DNA of 64,000 nucleotides from a virus. Lineage: Duplodnaviria > Caudoviricetes. The first letter of the stretch is position 1. Each line of letters begins with the position of its first letter. This document shows, piece by piece, positions 18,268 to 27,374 of this stretch. The notes beneath the pieces are model-generated. The model was not told where the DNA came from and did not search any database. It saw only the letters and a program-made list of their open reading frames with translations. Where the stretch lies: the IMG/VR virus record IMGVR_UViG_3300037418_002577, positions 1 through 64,000 of that record; one strand, given 5' to 3'. Made by a program: the position numbers and the translations under genes.

Positions 18268-18912
18268 TCAACGATCAATCGCCACGATTGCGACATTCAC
18301 CCCAGTCCCCTCGGCCTTGAACGATCCCGCCGGCAACTCGATCCACTGGCTTGCGATTGGCTGCAGCTTCGCGCGTTGCTTGGGACCGTTCGCGCAGAGG
18401 GACACCAGCCGACCACCGGGAGCCAGCAGCGTCAGCGCGTGCAGGACGTGTTTGCAGTCGGTTCCCATTTTGAATGGGGGATTCATCAGGATCGAATCGA
18501 ACAACCCCAGCCGGTCGGAGCCGCATGCTAGGAAATCGGCTTGCACCAGCTCGGACAGGGAATCGCCATCGGTCGCCCTATAAAGCTCTCCGCAGCATTC
18601 CGGGGAGTGCTCGACCAGAACAATCGGGAATGATCGGCTGATCGATCTGGCGGCATTGTAGAGCCTCCCCAGGCCGGCGGACGGTTCGAGCGTGCGGCCG
18701 AACGTGTCGAACATCCCGGCAAGGCGATCCGCCAGGGGCTCGGGAGTCTGAAATAGATTGAATGACGACACCACACGGGGGGCGGCATCTTCTCGGGCCA
18801 GGCGCTGGAAGCGGGGGCGCTCGGCTGCCATCTCCTCACCCTTGGCCTCTGTGACTTCCAGCAGGTGCCGCAGTCGCAATCGTCCGGTTCTCTGTGACTC
18901 TCTCGCGTTCAT
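18268..18912 (-). CDS. Small class I SAM-dependent N6-adenine-type methyltransferase
   Basis: LFQTPEPLA, LEPSAGLG (motif I), QADFL, ILMNPPF (motif IV). Confidence 0.85.
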   Translation of the reverse strand: MNARESQRTGRLRLRHLLEVTEAKGEEMAAERPRFQRLAREDAAPRVVSSFNLFQTPEPLADRLAGMFDTFGRTLEPSAGLGRLYNAARSISRSFPIVLVEHSPECCGELYRATDGDSLSELVQADFLACGSDRLGLFDSILMNPPFKMGTDCKHVLHALTLLAPGGRLVSLCANGPKQRAKLQPIASQWIELPAGSFKAEGTGVNVAIVAIDR

Positions 18913-18995
18913 GGTTCGCTCGATTCTTCGGGCTTGGGACCGATCCCCCTACGTCGGGGAGCGCATTAGACCGGGTTTCCCCGGCCCCCTCTGCG

Positions 18996-20510
18996 TTAGA
19001 CGTTGACGGGCTCGGGTTGCTCGGCCTTGGCCGGTTGGACTGGGGCAAACTTCGGCAACAGCTTTTGTGGCTTGTCGGTCAGGATTACGACGCGGTCGGC
19101 CTTGTCGCCGTAGGTCTTGCGGACCTTGAACGCAACCGGGCTCGGGTCAATGTTCTGGCCGTATTTGGTTTCCGGCCTGAAACCATGTTCGCACACATCG
19201 ACCGTTTCGTAACGGCTGTAGGTGCCTTTCGAGACTGCCGAATACTCGGCTTGCGTCATTCGCACGACCGTTGACGGGACGAAATCGCCGTAGACCTTCC
19301 CGTACCGCTCCATTTCGGCTTTCTCGTATCGAGACTTCGCCCGGGCGTTCCAATGGGATTGCAGCCATTCGGCGGCCTCATCGGTCGGATTGATCAACGG
19401 AGGGGCTTTCGGCTTGCTGGCCTTTGCCTCGGCCTTCTTCGCTTTCGTGGTCGCCTGGAATGTCTCACGCTCGGCATCGGTCGGCGCGCGGTAAACATCC
19501 TCGCCGGACCGCTCGATATTGACGATCAACTCCCGGATTTTCTGCTGCTCAGCATAGTCAGCCCAGCCAAACGGGTCGCGACCGTGAACGACAACCGACG
19601 TCACCCGCTTGGTTACTGGTGAGCGATTCACACGTAAGACCTGCGCCCAGCCATTGACCGCGATTAAGTGGCGTGCGCTTCGGTCCGAACCGACCTTGAT
19701 CCAGCCGCCCGGCTCAATCTCGACCTCGGCCGCCGTTCCGCCTTCCTCGGCCAGCATCGCCCGTTCGTAGGTCAGCCGCAATTCGTAATGCTCGACCCAT
19801 CGCCGGTAAGCCGCCTCAATGGCCGGCAAATCGGCTTGCGGAACCCAACGGCCACCGCGACCTTTGGGGCCGCACCAGACATGCGGCACTGCCGCGCCGT
19901 CGTGCAGATACTCGCCTTTTGCATAGTTGTATTCCTGCTGGTGGATGATGTGCGGCGGGTTGTCTGTCGGTGTGTACGATGCGACAGCCGCCCGAAGATC
20001 AGCCTCAATCGTCAAAATCCGACTGCGCCGCACCGAAGCGGATGATTTATACAGAGCGTGCGAAATCACACCAGCCGTTCGTTCCTGCCAGTATTCCGCC
20101 TTGGACCACTGAGAGACAGCGCGGACCCGACTGCGATCATGTCGCGCGGCTTGGCGCTCGGCACGGGCTCGGTTCTGATGCCCGAATGCCGACGGGCCAG
20201 ACTCGAACGTGTCGGCCGCGCCGCCGGCCTCGGCTCGCCGCTTGTCCCGGTAATCGGAAAATCGCTCCGCACGATCGGCGGCCCGTTCCTCGGGGCTGTA
20301 ATCCTCATCGCCAATGTCTTCGCCTTCGTCCAGGAACTCGCGGGCCAAGTCTTCGCGGCTCGGCGTCCAGGTCGCCACAAAATCGCAATCCTGTTTCGGC
20401 GTGGAAACGAATCCGGCGGCGCGGAGCCGTTCGTAATCGTCGCGCGGCACGCGCCCGACATACAGCCGCAGTTTGTTGTCTTCCGGGGAATACGTTGCAG
20501 TTGCGGTCAT
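18996..20510 (-). CDS. DUF3560-domain protein
   Basis: TYSPEDNKLRLYVGRVPRDDYERLRAAGF...WTPSREDL...RAADRAERFSDYRDKR. Confidence 0.75.
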   Translation of the reverse strand: MTATATYSPEDNKLRLYVGRVPRDDYERLRAAGFVSTPKQDCDFVATWTPSREDLAREFLDEGEDIGDEDYSPEERAADRAERFSDYRDKRRAEAGGAADTFESGPSAFGHQNRARAERQAARHDRSRVRAVSQWSKAEYWQERTAGVISHALYKSSASVRRSRILTIEADLRAAVASYTPTDNPPHIIHQQEYNYAKGEYLHDGAAVPHVWCGPKGRGGRWVPQADLPAIEAAYRRWVEHYELRLTYERAMLAEEGGTAAEVEIEPGGWIKVGSDRSARHLIAVNGWAQVLRVNRSPVTKRVTSVVVHGRDPFGWADYAEQQKIRELIVNIERSGEDVYRAPTDAERETFQATTKAKKAEAKASKPKAPPLINPTDEAAEWLQSHWNARAKSRYEKAEMERYGKVYGDFVPSTVVRMTQAEYSAVSKGTYSRYETVDVCEHGFRPETKYGQNIDPSPVAFKVRKTYGDKADRVVILTDKPQKLLPKFAPVQPAKAEQPEPVNV

Positions 20511-20653
20511 CTGGTTTCCTTTCGCCGCTCCCAGTTGCGGCCATTTTCATTCTAACTCGCCCCCACTCAGCAGGGGGCCTTGCTTGTCCGGCATCAACCG
20601 ACCAATGTACCGCGGCGCCAGGTTCCCGGCAATTCCGCGGGGGATTGGGAGGT

Positions 20654-21061
20654 TCAAGCCGGCCCGTGGGCCTTGGCGTCAATCTGGAAGAAATCCAATC
20701 CAGGCCCCATGTAGCTCGCAATTCGTCCATAGATCATGTAGGGGCGATCGATGCCGTTCTCTTTTGCCTCAACTGCAATCTCGCGATACGTTTGCCGGTC
20801 GAGGATTTGCTTGTCGTTCCAAATGATGAACAGCCCCCGCTTCCCGACAGTTCCCACAAGATGGCTGGCGCTGGTTTTCTTCTCAACGAATGTTGGAAAC
20901 ATCGGGAGCAAGGAAGCAAGAACCTTGGCTTGACGATCGTATCTCTTGTCGCAAGTTGGGCACATATTCAACATGCGACTGCAATACTTATTGCACCGAC
21001 TGCAGAGTTGCAATCGTCCATCCTTGCTGTACGGTGGCTTCACTGCTGGGCATTTCGTCAT
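20654..21061 (-). CDS. Zinc-finger plus domain resembling the C-terminus of type III-like R-M methyltransferases
   Basis: CSRC...CPTC then GLFIIW...LDRQTYREIAVEAKENG...YMIYGRIASY...FFQI; resemblance from recall only. Confidence 0.5.
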   Translation of the reverse strand: MTKCPAVKPPYSKDGRLQLCSRCNKYCSRMLNMCPTCDKRYDRQAKVLASLLPMFPTFVEKKTSASHLVGTVGKRGLFIIWNDKQILDRQTYREIAVEAKENGIDRPYMIYGRIASYMGPGLDFFQIDAKAHGPA

Positions 21062-21149
21062 GGCTTGGGCTTCCTTCGCGTTCTTGGGGTTCGAGACAGG
21101 GAAAGTATCGTCTGGGGCGCAAACGAGCGCCACGGGGCACGCCAGGCGT

Positions 21150-21413
21150 TCAGGCGCGTACGTGCATCAACTCGCGACCGTGCGGCACGTCGCGTGGATC
21201 GTCGGCCAGCAGCAGCGATTCGATCAAGACCTGCACGCGGGCCGCGATGTAGCCAGCGTCATCGGTTGTAATGCCGGGCTCACCGTCAAGCATCTCGAAA
21301 ACATCATTGCAGACGTCTTCGGCCAGTAATTCGACTCGCGATCGGTGCATCGTCATCATCTCCGGAAAAGACCTGGGGGAACCAGCAGGGAACATCATCG
21401 CGCCGGCTTGCAC
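21150..21413 (-). CDS. Hypothetical acidic protein (start uncertain)
   Basis: ORF in operon. Confidence 0.45.
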   Translation of the reverse strand: MQAGAMMFPAGSPRSFPEMMTMHRSRVELLAEDVCNDVFEMLDGEPGITTDDAGYIAARVQVLIESLLLADDPRDVPHGRELMHVRA

Positions 21414-21446
21414 CTCGGCGCGGGGGGTAAGCTGATTGCGCTTCGA

Positions 21447-21674
21447 TCAATAAACCAGCACGCAATCCGGGTGAAGCGTGCGGATATGCTTAATTGAAGA
21501 TGATTCTTCAGTGGGATAACCGACTGTCCTGCACTCATAGCTGCAGATAAACAACTCATGCAAAACGTGAATTGGGCGCATAAACCATCTAACATTGTCA
21601 TCCCATATCGGGGAATCACGGAACACGTCAACCTTGAATGCGTCGAGGTCATCCGCGGCGTAGCTTGCTGACAT
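21447..21674 (-). CDS. Hypothetical protein
   Basis: RBS GAAAGG. Confidence 0.5.
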   Translation of the reverse strand: MSASYAADDLDAFKVDVFRDSPIWDDNVRWFMRPIHVLHELFICSYECRTVGYPTEESSSIKHIRTLHPDCVLVY

Positions 21675-21715
21675 AGTAGAAACCTTTCGAGTGGGGAGAA
21701 TGATTCAGAGGGAGC

Positions 21716-21946
21716 CTAAAGGCCGGCCTCATGTCGAACCTGCCGCACGTATGCCCGAAAGATCGCACGTGCATGACGATCGTCGTCGGCCTCCTCACGG
21801 ACGTCAGTTTCCCAGCGATTGCGAAGCGACGTCTTCGTTAGCATCGAAACCACCAGACCATGCCGCCGCACAATCCACGTCTGCCAGCCATCGGACAATC
21901 GCTTGTGGTCGTCACCCAGGACCGGATGCCTCATTGAGCTACCCAT
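21716..21946 (-). CDS. Hypothetical protein, first gene after the leftward promoter
   Basis: G-rich RBS upstream of ATG 21946. Confidence 0.45.
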   Translation of the reverse strand: MGSSMRHPVLGDDHKRLSDGWQTWIVRRHGLVVSMLTKTSLRNRWETDVREEADDDRHARAIFRAYVRQVRHEAGL

Positions 21947-22034
21947 GATTGAAACCCCCCATACTGGCATCAGCCCCAGCTTGCTTCGTCGCTTGATGCG
22001 ACTGGTGCGGCTTTCGTCGGCCGCGATGTTTAAG

Positions 22035-22062
22035 ATTCTACAATCCGTTTCGGCTACGTCAA
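22035..22062 (-). promoter_or_regulatory. Sigma70-type promoter for the leftward accessory operon
   Basis: Minus strand TTGACG-N16-TAGAAT. Confidence 0.6.
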
Positions 22063-22662
22063 GCCTCAACCTAAAAGATTTTTCAGAAATATTAAAACTC
22101 GCGAGGTCGACCTGCAATCGCCGCCTGCCTGCCGGGTACATTCCGCAACCGACTACCAGCAACCAGCTTGCCGTCGCGCGCGAGGAGCGTGGAGATTGCT
22201 CTCGCGCGAGCATAGCCGCAGGCTATAGCCGGAGGAGCAGCCTATGAGCATCCTCATGCCATGCTCTCACACGCGGCACGTAGTGGATTTGGAGGGGATT
22301 GGAGTAGTGATGCGTATAGTCCAACGGGCTACTGTATGGCACGCCTATAGTCCGAACCATCGTGGGACGCGCAACACATTGCGATGCGGTGGGTTACGTC
22401 AATACCATCGGACAATGGGGCCGCGCCCCCGAGTGCGTGGCCGCTTCTAATCCACGTTCCCCTCTGAGGTTTTGGACCTATCTGGGGCCAAGTCGCGGGG
22501 CTGTTCGGTGTTGGTGGATCGGTTGCTGTTCCGGGGCCAAACTCGCTGTTTTTCTCGGTGAATCGTGGGCTTCCCGGTGTTGTGTGCTGGCTGTTGAGAG
22601 AGTTTCACAGGGCCTGTCCCCGCGAGTTGTTTAGCGTCGTTCGCAGTCTGCGGCGATCTTCC

Positions 22663-22989
22663 TCACGACGTTTGTTGTTCCTGGAGTGGAACGGTTGGTT
22701 GCTGCTCTCTGAGGAGCTGGGTGATATTCCCAGCGGGAGCGGCCCGGGGTTGCGGGGTGGTGCTCGTCGCCAGCGGCTTTTCTGGGGGTCGGCTGTTGTT
22801 CTGCAGCGGCTTGGTTATGTCCCCCTGTTGGTGGGGGAGCCCGTGGTTAGGGGCGAGCAGTGCGTATTGTCCCAGGTTGCCGCACATCATGAGGGGAAGG
22901 TTGCCAGGGTCTAGGGCTGTAGCCGCGGGGATGTGCTCGCGCGGTGGCTGTGGGGTGGGGGCTGATGGGTCTGCGGGGTTGATCCTCAA
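22663..22989 (-). CDS. Pro/Gln-rich hypothetical protein (doubtful)
   Basis: ORF only; low complexity. Confidence 0.3.
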   Translation of the reverse strand: MRINPADPSAPTPQPPREHIPAATALDPGNLPLMMCGNLGQYALLAPNHGLPHQQGDITKPLQNNSRPPEKPLATSTTPQPRAAPAGNITQLLREQQPTVPLQEQQTS

Positions 22990-23177
22990 ATAAGATGGAC
23001 TGCGGACGGTCTGGATTGCCGTGCGTCACTGTCTTAGAGGACGGCCGACTTGGGAGTTGGCCGGGGTCAAAAAGAAAAGGCGACCCCATTTGTTCGGTCA
23101 AAACGGGCGGGGCCGCCTGTGAAGTTGCTGGGTTGTCCGATCCGTTTTGACCTGCACCAACTCTACCGCGATCGGGC

Positions 23178-23618
23178 TCAGGGCGTCAAGGGAGAATTGG
23201 CGCCGCGTGGATTGATGTGATCCAAGAAGAGCCCCCACTCCTTGAGGATGCGGTCGATCTGCTGCTGGTTGCAACTTGCCGCCATTTCGCTTGATGACGA
23301 CAGAACCACAAGGATCGGGAGCCCCTTCGATATGTCGAAGTCCACCTCGCAAGAGCAGACCTGGCCGGCGCGGATCGCGGCAATGACCTTGGCCTCCGAC
23401 TCTGGACTCATGGCTGTTGCGATTTGCTCCAGGCAGTCCGCCACGGATTCGCTTCGACCTCCGCCCCGGCTGGCCTTGCCGACGTGGCCCGTCTCCAGGC
23501 AGGTCGCCGTATCGCCGTCGCCCGCGATCGCCAGATGGCGCACCTCGCCATCGACAACCGCGTGAACAACCTCGCCCGGGTGGATCATTCCGTAAGTTTT
23601 CACTGTCACTGCACTCAC
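23178..23618 (-). CDS. Hypothetical protein coupled to the DUF1580-like gene
   Basis: GTGA overlap with upstream stop; RBS GAAGGGG. Confidence 0.55.
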   Translation of the reverse strand: MSAVTVKTYGMIHPGEVVHAVVDGEVRHLAIAGDGDTATCLETGHVGKASRGGGRSESVADCLEQIATAMSPESEAKVIAAIRAGQVCSCEVDFDISKGLPILVVLSSSSEMAASCNQQQIDRILKEWGLFLDHINPRGANSPLTP

Positions 23619-23854
23619 CCCCTTCGGTTGACTTCCTCGAGAAAACGCCGGTACGCCTGCACGCTGGTTTTGAGCCCGCCGCCGATGTCCGCGATGTCCA
23701 AGTAGACCGCAAGGCCGGTGGCGCGGGCCTTCTTCCCGTAGGTTCCCCACCTGATGAGGGACATGGATGAGGGGTTCCCGGCCAGCCGGGTTCCCTCTCC
23801 CAGGGGGACCAAATCCTCCGTCAGCAGCCGAGCAAGAATCTCATCTCCAGGCAT
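23615..23854 (-). CDS. DUF1580-like HTH (excisionase/AlpA-like) protein
   Basis: SMSLIRWGTYG...LDIADIGGGLKTSVQAYRRFL matches recalled DUF1580 pattern of planctomycetes. Confidence 0.7.
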   Translation of the reverse strand: MPGDEILARLLTEDLVPLGEGTRLAGNPSSMSLIRWGTYGKKARATGLAVYLDIADIGGGLKTSVQAYRRFLEEVNRRG

Positions 23855-23859
23855 GGCCC

Positions 23860-24015
23860 TGTCCTCGATTCGTAAAAACAGCATTAAAGACACGATTGAA
23901 TAATATGATGAATATGTAACAGATTTGCCAGATGAATACGACGGTAATTAATTACATAGTCCTAATTGGAGTTGCAAATTGATTCGCGCGCCTCCCCCCA
24001 AGCCGAAAATCAGGT
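23860..24015. promoter_or_regulatory. AT-rich divergent control region with 12-bp palindrome GTAATTAATTAC (23944-23955)
   Basis: Local AT richness between divergent genes; perfect palindrome. Confidence 0.55.
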
Positions 24016-24021
24016 GTCCCG

Positions 24022-25293
24022 ATGCCTCGCCCCAAAACGCTCAAGCCGTCCAAGGATGCTGCTCAGACCTCCGCGAATGACGCGGGAACCGACGACAACC
24101 AGGGGCTCGGGGCCTCGATGGACCTCGATGAGGTGGTTGGCGATTCCGACGACGACAGCCCGGGCGACGACGGCAGCGGCGGCGATGATTCCGGCGAGCA
24201 GGCCCCGGCCGAGACTGGCGGCGATGATGACTCCGGGGCGGCGGCGGAAGCCCCGCTCAGTTTTCTCGACCAATTGGCGGCCGAGGGGTTCGAAGGCGTC
24301 GCCGATGAGGCGGACGCCCAGGCCCGAATTCTGGAATCGCACCGGCAGCTTCGCGAGCAGAACGAGCAATTGCAGCGGATGCAGCCCTACGCTCGGGAGC
24401 ACATCGAGCTGTACCGCGACCCCGCCTTCCAGGCGTTCATGGCCCAGCGCCAGCAGCCGGCCGGACATCGCGACCTGCCCCAGAACGGAACCGCACAACC
24501 CGCCGGCCAGCCACAGCAGCCGGCGCAGGAAACCCCCGCCGAATCGTGGTGGAACCCGCCGAAAGTAGACCAGCGGAAAGTAGACCTCTACAGGGAAATC
24601 CGCGAGGACGAGAACGGAAACCGAAAGGTTTATTGGGCCGACGACACTCCGTTGTCACTTAGATCCGCTGTCGCAGAGAAGGAGGCGTACCATGCTGAGT
24701 GGGCCGCCAAGTTGGTGAATGAGCCAGATGAAGCATTTGAGTCGTTCTACAAACCGCGGCGGCGCAAGGATTTTGAGGACGAAGAGTATCTGAAGCTCCT
24801 TGATCAAAGGATTGACGCGCGATTCGGTCGTGTTCAAGAGCAACAGACCGAGCAGCAGTTCCTCGACCAACTCGGCGAGCAGAACCCTTGGCTCTGGAAG
24901 ACGGACCCCCGCACGCAGCAGCCGCTCATCAACCCAGTGACCCATCAGGCCGAACTCAGCCCCCAGGGCCAGCGCGCGTTCGAACTCACGGCCGAAGCCG
25001 AGGCGATGGGCATCAAGTCGCCCCAGGATCAATGGCGCTACGCCGAGCGGATGCTCAAGGTCGAGCAGTTCGAGGCGACCCAAGGCCAGCAGACGCAGGG
25101 CCAGCAGACTCAGCAGCGGATCCAGGATCAACGTCAGAAGCATCTTCGTCGCGGCACGGCCAACGGGTTGCCGAGTCGCGGCGGTTCGATTCCGAACGGC
25201 ACTTCCCCAGGTCGCCGGCCTCAGAACCCAAATCTCAGTTTCGGCCACAGCGCGGCCGCGGCCCTGGAGCAAAACGGCCTCTCGTTTGAATAG
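24022..25293 (+). CDS. Capsid scaffolding-like protein
   Basis: Acidic disordered N-terminus, Gln-rich coiled coils, directly before major capsid gene. Confidence 0.6.
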   Translation: MPRPKTLKPSKDAAQTSANDAGTDDNQGLGASMDLDEVVGDSDDDSPGDDGSGGDDSGEQAPAETGGDDDSGAAAEAPLSFLDQLAAEGFEGVADEADAQARILESHRQLREQNEQLQRMQPYAREHIELYRDPAFQAFMAQRQQPAGHRDLPQNGTAQPAGQPQQPAQETPAESWWNPPKVDQRKVDLYREIREDENGNRKVYWADDTPLSLRSAVAEKEAYHAEWAAKLVNEPDEAFESFYKPRRRKDFEDEEYLKLLDQRIDARFGRVQEQQTEQQFLDQLGEQNPWLWKTDPRTQQPLINPVTHQAELSPQGQRAFELTAEAEAMGIKSPQDQWRYAERMLKVEQFEATQGQQTQGQQTQQRIQDQRQKHLRRGTANGLPSRGGSIPNGTSPGRRPQNPNLSFGHSAAAALEQNGLSFE

Positions 25294-25330
25294 GCCGGAG
25301 TAGCTCCGCAGAACCAAGGGGAGTCCCCAT

Positions 25331-26464
25331 ATGGGCGTCTATCAGAGTTTCAGTCCGCAGGCGTTCGCGCGGTCGCTCGCGACAACGCTTCCAGACCATA
25401 TCACCAAGATCGAGGAAGCCTGCTACCGCAACTTCCAACTCTTGGCGTTGATTCAAAACTCCGGCAATGTGTCCTACAACAACGGCGGCGCCGGATTCAC
25501 GTGGAACGTGCAGTACCGGAACCACACCGTCGAAGCGAACACGGGCGAAACCCCGCGGAACTTCTCCCGCAAGAACCTCTGGAAGCGGGCGGAGCTCGAG
25601 TACCGCGGCTATGAGGCCACGGACGCGATGCTGAAGCGGGAATACCTGGAGAACCGCGGGAAGTCCGCAATTATCCGGGTCATGGACGGCTTCGGGGATC
25701 GGCTGAAGAAGTCGATCATGCAGGCGCTCGGCACGGAACTGTTCATCGACGGAACCACCGCCGCCAACTCCCAGGCGTGGCACGGCCTGGAGTCGATGTT
25801 CGGGGCGACGCAGACGATCAATATCTCCAGCGGCGTCGCCCGTACTGCCAACGCTCTCGACTGGGTGGGCGCGCCGAACACCACCTACGCGGGCCTCTCC
25901 ACGTCGCTCGGAAACTACGGTGGCGACAACGAAGCTGGCGTCTACTGGCCGCTCGGGCTGGCCGATCCGGAATACGACTTCTGGTCGCCGTTGATCGTCA
26001 ACTACACGAGCTCGGCGTTCGGCGGGGGGGCGGATACCTGGGCCGCACAGGGCGACGAAGCGATGCGATTCGCGATCGTGCATGCCCAGCGCAACAGCAC
26101 GCTCGACGGCCAGATCACCAACATCATGCTCGATCGGCAGTTGTACTTCGGGCTGCTGAATCTGTTCGACAACAAAGAGCAGATCCAAGTTACCCCCGAG
26201 AACGGGCTGCGGGCGCTCGGCTTCAAGAACGTGCTCGTCTTCGACGGCGTGGAAGTCTCCTGGGAAGCGGGCGTTCCGAGCAATGTCGGCTACGCGCTCA
26301 ATTACGCGAACTGCGAGTTGCGGTGCATGAACGACCAGCTCCTGGAACTCGAAGGCCCCGACTACGACATGCGCACGCAGTCGTTCAACGTTGTGGCCGG
26401 CACGCTCTCGAACCTCAAGTACACGAGCCCTCGGAACTTCGCGAAGTTGGTCACGCTGGCCTAA
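25331..26464 (+). CDS. Major capsid protein (HK97 fold)
   Basis: 377 aa; ATTL...RNFQLLAL, AELEYRGY, ELFIDGT...HGLESMFG, FDGVEVSWE, GTLSNLKYTSPRNFAKL. Confidence 0.85.
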   Translation: MGVYQSFSPQAFARSLATTLPDHITKIEEACYRNFQLLALIQNSGNVSYNNGGAGFTWNVQYRNHTVEANTGETPRNFSRKNLWKRAELEYRGYEATDAMLKREYLENRGKSAIIRVMDGFGDRLKKSIMQALGTELFIDGTTAANSQAWHGLESMFGATQTINISSGVARTANALDWVGAPNTTYAGLSTSLGNYGGDNEAGVYWPLGLADPEYDFWSPLIVNYTSSAFGGGADTWAAQGDEAMRFAIVHAQRNSTLDGQITNIMLDRQLYFGLLNLFDNKEQIQVTPENGLRALGFKNVLVFDGVEVSWEAGVPSNVGYALNYANCELRCMNDQLLELEGPDYDMRTQSFNVVAGTLSNLKYTSPRNFAKLVTLA

Positions 26465-26535
26465 ACCGGCGGGGACTGGACGGCGGACCAGGCGACTAAA
26501 AACCCGAACACAACCTCTTAATCCAGGGGAAAACC

Positions 26536-27171
26536 ATGTTTCTCGAAGACCCGCCCATGTTTCTGGGCGAAACCCTCAAGGGTACGGATGCGGATGGCAA
26601 CCTGATCAACGCCGAACGGCTCGGCCAGATTTTCACACTGCCCTACGGCCGCGTCGCGTCCCCGCAGGTCCGCGCGGCGAAGGGCCGCTTCACGGGCCAC
26701 CCGATCACCGCCGTTCTGCTGCGGAACACCTCGGGCGGCGTGCTGCTCGGGAAGCGACTGGGACAACTCAGCCGCACGGCCGGCTTCAAGCCTTTGCAGG
26801 AAGTCGACGGCTATTCGACCACCTTGGCCAACCAGGGCGTCGTGATCATCGACTCGCAGTTGGGCTCCGCTGGCGTGGCGTCCAACGACATCTTCTGGGG
26901 GATCATCCGCGGGCCGGCCACCATCCTGACTCCGATCGCGGGGGCCGACTTCAACGGTGACATCGCGGTCGGCGGGCGGTTGGTGAGTTCGACGGGCACG
27001 ACCACGGGCGCGACCACTTCCGGCCGCCCCTCGAACGTGACGATGAACGCGACCACGGGCTTGACCGATGCGTACAAGATGGCCGCGAACGCGATCGGCG
27101 TCGCCATGTCCGCCCGAACCACGGGCGAGACGAACGCGGATCTTCTGCTCAACGCCACGATCGTTTGGTAA
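26536..27171 (+). CDS. Capsid decoration/cement protein
   Basis: Gly/Thr/Ala-rich beta protein right after capsid gene. Confidence 0.6.
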   Translation: MFLEDPPMFLGETLKGTDADGNLINAERLGQIFTLPYGRVASPQVRAAKGRFTGHPITAVLLRNTSGGVLLGKRLGQLSRTAGFKPLQEVDGYSTTLANQGVVIIDSQLGSAGVASNDIFWGIIRGPATILTPIAGADFNGDIAVGGRLVSSTGTTTGATTSGRPSNVTMNATTGLTDAYKMAANAIGVAMSARTTGETNADLLLNATIVW

Positions 27172-27233
27172 CAACGGACGTTTCTGTCTTACGAGCGGTG
27201 TACGGCCGCTCGGAAGGCGGACGACTTGGGGCG

Positions 27234-27271
27234 CTGGCCAGAGGCGATTTATCCCTCTGGCCAGTGTTTTT
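27234..27271 (+). terminator. Terminator after capsid/decoration genes
   Basis: CTGGCCAGAGG-N9-CCTCTGGCCAG followed by TGTTTTT. Confidence 0.75.
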
Positions 27272-27374
27272 CCTCAGTCGAGATCGAGAAAGGTGCTGAC
27301 CGTCAACTGAAAATCTGACCGTCCTACTTGTTGTCTCAGACTCCCAAGTCGTCCCCCAAGAGGAACCCCAAGTC

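Noticed and set aside
15094-18960. CRISPR or TIGR-like array
   Set aside because: Repeats come in pairs separated by whole ORFs of 300-500 bp, not uniform short spacers; no cas or Nop-domain gene seen
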